DNA of 64,000 nucleotides from an uncultured delta proteobacterium (GTDB lineage Bacteria; Myxococcota; Myxococcia; Myxococcales; Myxococcaceae): NCBI GenBank assembly GCA_963771175.1, contig CAVYSY010000052.1, positions 1 to 64,000 of the forward strand, read 5' to 3'. Shown piece by piece: positions 56,924 to 64,000 of this stretch (position 1 is its first letter; each line of letters starts with the position of its first letter). The notes under the pieces were generated by a model. It saw only the letters and a program-made list of their open reading frames with translations, ran no database searches and was not told where the DNA came from. The position numbers and the translations under genes were made by a program.

Positions 56924-58008
56924 TCACTCCTTCGTGTCCGCGGTGGCGCAGAGAACCGCCACCAGCGTCTCCTCCTTGTAGCCCAGGCCCACGTAGCCCG
57001 AAGCCGGGCGGATGTGGACCGCCGGGTGCGGAGCGGTCCAGGAGCCCTCGAAGCGCTCCACCGGAGAGAAGCCCGCGCGCCGCAACCGCTCCAGCCAGGT
57101 GTCCACGTGCTCGTGGCGCTCATAGCGCTGCGAGTCGTCCACCGCGCCGACGATGTCCTCCACCTCGCGGCCGAAGAAGAGCTTGATACCGTTGCGCTCG
57201 CGCGGGGGCAGCCCGAGCTGATCCACCAGCTCGAAGTTGTGGGAGAAGTGGTGCCAGGCGTTGTGGAAGCGCTGGGACAGCGAATCGGTGGCGTGGTCCG
57301 AGCTCGGCTCGACCAGCACCAGGGCGCTCGGCTCCACCGCACGCAGCCGGTGGAACATTCCCGCCGGTCCACCCCGGCGGCGAGATGGTGCACGGCGAAG
57401 GCCGCGTGCACCACGCGCGGCCCGGGGCAGTCACGGAGGAGACCCCAGTCGTCCTCGTCGAGCGCCTCGAGCACATTGGGAATGCCGCGGAAGCGCAGGG
57501 AGAGGCCCAGCTCCCGGGCGGTCTCCGAGAGGGCCTCCTCGGCCTTGCGCAGGCTGCCCGTATCGGGCTCCACGCCCACCACGGTGAACCGCCGGAGCGC
57601 CGCGCCGGATGCCTTCAGCGCGTGCAGCAGCGCCACCTCCTGCCGCCCCGTGCCCAGGCCCACGTCGATGAGCGTGGCCTCCTCGTGCTTCGCGAGCAGG
57701 CCGCACAGCACGTCGTTGGCGACCACCCCCGCCATCTGGACCATCGGCAGCCGCTGGGCCACCAGGTTGAAGAGGGTGATCTGCGGCAGCTCGAAGCGCC
57801 GCAGGTACAGGTTCATCTGCTGGGCATCGCCCACGCCCAGCCGCCGGGCGAGCGCCGTGGCGAAGAGGAAGTACTGCATGTCCTCATCCACGACATCCAC
57901 GTCCAACAGCCGCGTCAGCGCCCCGAGCGAGCGCCGAGCCGAGGATGTCCGTCCCGACTGGAGCTCCTCCAGCGCACGCGTGAGCAGCGAGAACTTCTCC
58001 GAACGCAT
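56924..58008 (-). CDS. Bacterial GRAS-domain protein, frameshift near 57365
   Basis: AN..L, TLIDVGLGTGRQ..LL.AL, A..LGL..RF, LVLVE, RF..AWHHF, RE...IV, ERHE...W..RL.RAGF. Confidence 0.82.
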
Positions 58009-58152
58009 GTCTCCCTCCCATCCCCCACCCTGATTGGTAATCCATGAATATTCCAGATTTCAGGGTATTTCGTCTATCCCGGGTCTGATGAGACCTCGTG
58101 TCCGGAAATGACCCGGGGAGGGACGGATGGATCACGCCGTATGCGGAAACCA

Positions 58153-58374
58153 CTACCGGCGGCGTTTTCCGCCCCCGCCGAAAGCGATGAGCAGGATGCC
58201 ACCCACCACGCCCGCGCCACCGATGGCGAGGTCACGCTGGGTGCGCTCGGAGTAGCGCCCGGTGAAGGTCTCCGTGGCGCGCTCCGCGAAGGAGCCGGTG
58301 GCACGGTAGGCACTCACCAGGAACACGGTGCCAGCGACGACGAGCATGAATCCCAGGATGCGGACGATCCCCAC
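58153..58374 (-). CDS. DUF3185-like small membrane protein
   Basis: TM - S...ETFTGRYSERT - TM layout. Confidence 0.7.
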   Translation of the reverse strand: MGIVRILGFMLVVAGTVFLVSAYRATGSFAERATETFTGRYSERTQRDLAIGGAGVVGGILLIAFGGGGKRRR

Positions 58375-58436
58375 GGCGTTTCCCCTCGATGGTGTTGAAC
58401 GGAGCCGGGACGTCCCGGCACAGGGCGCGCAGGTTA

Positions 58437-58607
58437 GTGCGGAACGGGCTCGCGGGAAGAACCTTCCGCGCGCATGGGGTCCTCCCTCCCCGAGACCTTC
58501 CTCACCCGGTCCCATCAGGCGCCCGAGCGACCCGTCCTGGACTTCGAGCAGCGGCGCTTCACCGCCGGGCAGCTCGCCCGCGACGTCTCCGCCTTCGCCA
58601 GCGCCCT
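58437..58607 (+). repeat. Degenerate direct-repeat copy of the leader and 5' end of the acyl-CoA synthetase gene
   Basis: Aligns with 60734-60904. Confidence 0.9.
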
Positions 58608-58692
58608 GGTGCCGCACCCAATCGAGGCAATTGCCTCCACCGAACATGTGTGAATGACTTCTTCGACAACCATGCTCCACGCCAGAGGGCCC

Positions 58693-59630
58693 ATGAATTT
58701 CCGCTCAATCGTTTTCATGACAGCCCTCTCCGTGGGCCTGGGGGCCAACTTGTGCTGGGGCGACAACGGCAAGCATCAAGAGCCACCCATACCGACGCCA
58801 CAGGCCCCCATACGACCGACCGGTTCCACGACGAAGCGGACCAAGCCGCCCCCCCGACCACGCCTATCCATCACAGTCAATACGACGGGGAACTCACCAG
58901 CTACCGAGGGTGGCCACTCGTCATCGAGGCTCTCATCACGCATCCCGATGCGATGCGGATTGGTGCTCAACCGCAGTCGGTCACACCGCTCGTGCTGGCG
59001 GCGCCTTCGAGCTGGGCGGACCTCTTCCGTCTGGAGGTGACGGGGGAATCAGGCACAGCGAAGGCGTGGCCATTCATGCTCCTTCACCGGCCGCCCTCCA
59101 GCCTCACTCTCGACTTGAAGCAAGCAGGCGAACTCTACTGGACACTCTCACCGGCAGACGCAGCTACACTGGAATCTGGCCACTACGAGATTGCCGCTGT
59201 CATCACCTCTGAAGACGAAACCCCGGAAGGATCGTGGAAGGGCACCGCGCGCTCGAATCCGGTCCTCATGAACCTCCTCGACGAGCCTGCCCCCATGCCC
59301 CCGGTGACCAAGGAGGCCAAATTTCGAGTCTTCAGCCGCTTCCATTCCATTCGTGGTGAGGTCGACGAAGCAGCGCGTATCATCGCGACACACCTCACTG
59401 AGGAGCCAGAAAGCATTGATGGACTGGCGATGAGTGGAGAACTCGCCATCGTGCGAGGAGACATTCCCGGGGCGCTACGCGCCTACGAGAAAGCCCTTGA
59501 TGCGCATGGCAAGCGGTTTCCCGACTCGCCCGAACCGCCCATTGAGCTGTACTCCAGGCTGCGCCAACTCCGAGAGCAGCTACCGCCCCAGTACCCACCG
59601 TATCCCTTCGAGCGCATCTACAAGAAATAG
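58693..59630 (+). CDS. Secreted Ig-like + TPR protein (paralog 1), frameshift near 58860
   Basis: MNFRS signal, Pro-rich linker, ELTSYRGWPLVIE, TPR tail. Confidence 0.7.
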
Positions 59631-59737
59631 TAACGGTCTTCCTGGCGGTCCATCGTGTCTTCCAGGGAGCAAAGCTTCACCGCCTGGCAGCTCTCGTCGG
59701 CCACCTATCCACCATCATCCTCGACGTTAGAGGCTCC

Positions 59738-60671
59738 ATGAACTTCCGCTCGCGCCTTGTTGCATACGGCCCTCTCCGTTTCCTTGGGGGCCAGCTTGTG
59801 CTGGGGCGATGACGGCAAGCAAAGAAAGCCGCCCGTACCGACGCCACAAGCCCCCATACGCCCAACCGTTTCCACGACGAAGCGGTCCAAACCACCACCG
59901 GCCCCAGACATTTCCCTCACCGTCAACAAGACGGCAGAGCTCACCAGTTATCGCGGGTGGCCACTCGTCATCGAGGCTCTCATCGCGCACCCCAGTGCGA
60001 TGGAGGTTGGCGATCAGCCTCAATCGGCAACACCGCTCATCGTGGCGGCGCCATCGAGCTGGTCGGACCTCTTCCGTCTCGAGGTGAAAGGGGAGTCGGG
60101 AACAGTAACGGCATGGCCTGTCACGCTCCTTCAGCGCCCGCCCTCCAGCCTCACTCTCGACATGAAGCACGCAGGCGAGCTGCTTTGGACGCTCTCACCC
60201 GCGGAAGCATCTAAACTGACGGCTGGCCACTACAGGATTGCCGCTGTTCTCACCTCCGAGAACGCAACACCGGAAGAAGCATGGAAGGGAACCGTGCGCT
60301 CCCCTCCAGTTCTATTGACGCTCCTCGACGAGCCCGCCCCGCTGTCCCTGGAGTCCAAGGAGCAGAAGATGATGGCCTTCAGCGACTTCCATCTCGTTCG
60401 CGGGGAAGTGGACGAGGCAGCGCGTGTCATCGCGGCACATCTCGCGGAGGACCCGGAAAGCATTGATGGCCTGGCGATGAGTGGGGAGCTGAATGTCCTA
60501 CGGGGGAACATCCTGGAGGCGGTTCGCCTCTACGAACGGGCCATCGCCGTACACTCCAAGCGGTTCCCCAACTCACCGGAGCCGCCTGTCGCGCTGTACT
60601 CCAGGCTGCGCCAACTCCAGGAGCAGCTACCGCCCCGCTCTCCACCGTACCCCTTCGAATACAAGCAATAG
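59738..60671 (+). CDS. Secreted Ig-like + TPR protein (paralog 2)
   Basis: Colinear paralog of 58693-59630; indel just after start. Confidence 0.7.
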
Positions 60672-60770
60672 TCCTCCCCGAGGGGCCACCGCGTCCCCGG
60701 GGTAACGAGCGGGCGCGGGGGGACGGAACACGGGTGCGGAACGGGCCCACCGGAAGTACCTTCCGCGCCC

Positions 60771-62318
60771 ATGGCGTCCTCCCTCCTCGAGACCTTCCTC
60801 ACCCGGGCCCGTCAGGCGCCCGAGCGGCCCGTCCTGGACTTCGAGCAGCGGCGCTTCTCCGCCGGGCAGCTCGCCCGCGACGTCTCCGCCTTCGCCAGCG
60901 CCCTCCAGCGCCGCGGGCTGAAGCCCGGGGAGCGCGTGGCCCTCTTCCTGGAGAACAGCCCCGCCTTCGTCATCTCCTACCTCGGCACCTCGTACGCCGG
61001 CGGCGTCGTCGTCCTCGTCAACACCCAGTACCGTCAGGTGGAGCTCGGCCACATCCTCGCCGACTCCGGCGCCCGCGCCTGCGTCACCGGCGCCTCCGGT
61101 GCCACCGAGCTCGCGCCCCTCCAGGCCCAGCTCCCCGCGCTGGAGTGGCTCGTCACCGTGGAGCCCTCCCCCGCCCCCTTGCCCTGGCCCACCGTCGACT
61201 TCGACTCGCTCCTCGCCGAGGGCGACCCCTCCGCCTCCCTCCCCCTTCCCCAGGGCGAGCAGCTCGCCGTGCTCGGCTACACCTCGGGCACCACCGGCCG
61301 CTCCAAGGGCGCCATGCTGCTGCACCGCAACCTGCTCGCCAACGTGCGCGCCGTCACCGAGGCCTGGCGCTGGACGGCACTCCGACAGGCTCCTCCTCGC
61401 CCTCCCCCTCTTCCACACCCACGGCCTCATGGTGGGCCTCCATGGCACCCTCTACTCCGGTGGCAGCGTGGACCTGCGCCGCCGCTTCGTCGCCTCCGAG
61501 GTGCTCTCCGCCCTCCACGATGACGCCTCGCTGACGATGTTCTTCGGCGTGCCCACCATGTACGGCCGGCTCGTCGAGGAGGCTCGCCGCACCGGCCTCC
61601 GTCCCCGTCCCCTCCGGCTGCTCGTCTCCGGCTCCGCTCCGCTCAGCCCCCAGCTCTTCCACGAGGTGGAGGAGACGTTCGGCCAGCGCATCCTCGAGCG
61701 CTACGGCATGACGGAGACCCTCATGAACACCACCAACCCCTACGAGGGCGAGCGGCGCCCCGGCACCGTGGGCATGCCCTACCCCGGCCAGGAGGCGCGC
61801 GTGGTGGACGTGCGCACCCGCCAGCCGCTTCCCGCCGGCGAGACGGGGGAGATTGAAGTCCGCGGCCCCCACGTCTTCGCCGGCTACTGGCAGCGCCCGG
61901 ACGCCACCGCCGAGTCCTTCGACCCCGAGGGCTGGTTCCGCACCGGCGACCTCGGCCTGAAGGACAAGGACGGCTACTTCCAGATTACCGGCCGCGCCCG
62001 CGAGCTCATCATCAGCGGCGGCTTCAACGTGTACCCGCGCGAGGTGGAGGAGGTGCTCGCCTCACACCCGGCCGTCGCCGAGGTGGCCGTGCTCGGCCTG
62101 CCGGACGCGGATTTCGGCGAGCAGGTGGTGGCCGTCGTCGTCCCCACCCGCCGGTCAGCCCGCGCCCGAGCCCCAGGTGCTGGTGGACTGGTGCAAGGAC
62201 CGGCTCGCGAGCTTCAAGAAGCCCCGGCGCGTCGTCTTCGTGGAGGCCCTGCCGCGCAACGCGCTCGGGAAAGGTGCAGAAACACCTGCTGCGCGAGCGG
62301 CTCCAGACGAGTGTCTGA
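60771..62318 (+). CDS. Acyl-CoA synthetase (MatB/malonyl-CoA synthetase-like), frameshifted
   Basis: YTSGTTGRSKG, LPLFHTHGL, ERYGMTE, RTGD, GKVQK. Confidence 0.9.
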
Positions 62319-62429
62319 AACCCAACAGCGGCCTGGACGTTCGGGCACCTTCCGACACTCGGAACGGAAAACTCCTCGGGCTCGGGTGAGGGCCGATAGT
62401 GTCCGGAGAATGCCCCCGCGGCGAGAGGA

Positions 62430-63966
62430 GTGGCGAGCGTGAACGAGGCCGAGTTCTCCGAGGAGCCCGTCCGCCGGGTCCCCACCGGATCCGCTGGCCT
62501 GGACACCGTCCTGAACGGCGGGTGGATGCACGGGGGCACCTACATGGTCACCGGCGCGCCCGGGACGGGGAAGACCATCCTCGGCAACCAGCTCTGCTTC
62601 TCCCACGTGGCCCACGGAGGCCGCGCCGTCTTCGTCACCATGCTCTCCGAGTCCCACGAGCGGATGATGACGCACCTGCACGGCATGCGCTTCTTCCAGC
62701 GCGACGATCATCGGCCAGTCGCTGCACTACGTGAGCGGCTACGCCACCCTCAAGGCCGAGGGGCTCGACGGGCTGGCGAAGCTGCTCTACCGCGCGGTGC
62801 GCGAGCACCAGGCCACCGTGCTCGTCGTGGACGGGCTGCTGGCCGTGCAGGAGAGCGCCAGCTCGACGCTGGCCTTCCGTGAATTCCTCCACGGACTGGG
62901 CGTCCACAACGCGCTGACCGGCTGCACCACGCTGGTGCTCACCAACCGGCAGGAGAACTCCTCGGACCCGCAGTTGGCCATGGTGGATGGGGTGCTGGTA
63001 CTGGACGTGCAGCTCGAGGGGCTCAAGGCGGTGCGCAGCCTGGAGGTGACGAAGCTGCGCGGGGGCCCGCAGCTCACCGGCCGGCACACCTTTGAAATCA
63101 ACGAGGGGGGCATCGTCGTCCACCCGCGCATCGAGTCCCTCTACCACGAGCCGCCCCAGGTGGTGCCGGACCCTGGACGGCGCATGGGCTTCGGGGTGGA
63201 GCGGCTGGACGAGATGCTCCGGGGCGGGCTGCCGGCCCACTCGTCCACGATGCTGTTCGGCTCGCCGGGCACCGGCAAGACGCTGCTGGGGCTGCACTTC
63301 CTGGCGTGCGGGGCGCGCCAGGGCGATACCGGCCTCTACTTCGGCTTCGTGGAGTCGGCCCCGCGGCTGATGACGAAGGCCGCCGGCGTGGGCCTGGAGC
63401 TGGGGCCGTGGGTGGACGCGGGGCGGCTGGTGGTGGAGACGCGGGCGGCGGTGGAGCCACTGCCGGACGCGCTGGCCCACCAGCTCCTGGACCTGGTGGA
63501 GCGCCACCGGGTGCGGCGACTGGTGCTCGACGGGCTGGAGCCGCTCGCCAAGGAGACACTCCCCCCGCAGCGGATGCCCGGCTTCCTCACCGCGCTCTTC
63601 AACGAGCTGCGCGCCCGAGGCGTCACCACCCTGATGACCCAGCAGACCCATGTCCTCTTCGGGCCCCGGCTGGAGGCGCGGTTGGCGGGCGTGGAAGCCA
63701 TCGTCGACAACATCATCTTCCTGCGGTACGTGGAGCTGCGCTCGCAGTTGTACCGGATGATGTCCATCCTCAAGATGCGTGACAGCGATTACGAACCCGC
63801 GTTGCGCGAATTCTCCATTTCGACTCAGGGCATCGACGTGGCCGAGACCTTCGAGAGCGCCGAGGCCATCCTCACCGGGCAGGCCCGGCCGCGGGTGCCC
63901 GGACGCAAGCGGCCTCGGAGCAAGAAGACGAGCAAGCGCTCGCCCACACGACGGAGCCGCGCATGA
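62430..63966 (+). CDS. KaiC-like tandem RecA-domain ATPase, frameshift near 62710
   Basis: GAPGTGKT and GSPGTGKT, KLRG, ILKMRDS. Confidence 0.9.
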
Positions 63967-64000
63967 GCAAGCTCCTCATCGTGGACGACGAGGTGGCCAT
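63963..64000 (+). CDS. Response regulator receiver, 3' partial
   Basis: MSKLLIVDDEVA; ATGA overlap with KaiC-like gene. Confidence 0.8.
   Translation, partial: MSKLLIVDDEVA

Noticed and set aside
62430..63966. Circadian clock kaiC
   Set aside because: No kaiA/kaiB seen; coupling to a receiver gene fits the common KaiC-like signalling ATPases

Overview
The window looks like four unrelated pieces joined together, with frequent single-base indels that split many genes (most likely sequencing error). (1) ~1-3030: very AT-rich, Clostridium-like cobalamin genes (cobS, cobU-like, cobC-like, cbiB) with a structured intergenic repeat. (2) ~3030-8895: mid-GC phage/mobile-element-like DNA with three small Zn-ribbon ORFs, a frameshifted family-A (TV-Pol-like) polymerase, an HTH gene and a strand-polarised GCCCGCC motif. 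(3) ~8895-9895: fragment of an Asp-box/BNR sialidase-like gene. (4) ~9895-64000: high-GC myxobacterial (Archangium/Cystobacter-like) DNA with core genes (hutF/hutG, FKBP, cspA, rnhA, rsgA, cinA, KaiC-like) and many accessory loci. Main findings: a Cif/CHBP-like Cys-His-Gln deamidase next to a large protein with a degenerate PLP-enzyme domain in an IS-scarred island; an UnbU/UnbV-like fusion + GNAT + GH3 + Rieske operon; a recurring GGTGTCAAANGANTCGT element bracketing gene cassettes near an Rpn gene; duplicated lipoprotein-nuclease/DUF3396 pairs; a hedgehog-like Hint protein; a bacterial GRAS protein; and a two-gene insert flanked by a ~170 bp duplication. All family assignments come from motif recognition by eye; no searches were run.
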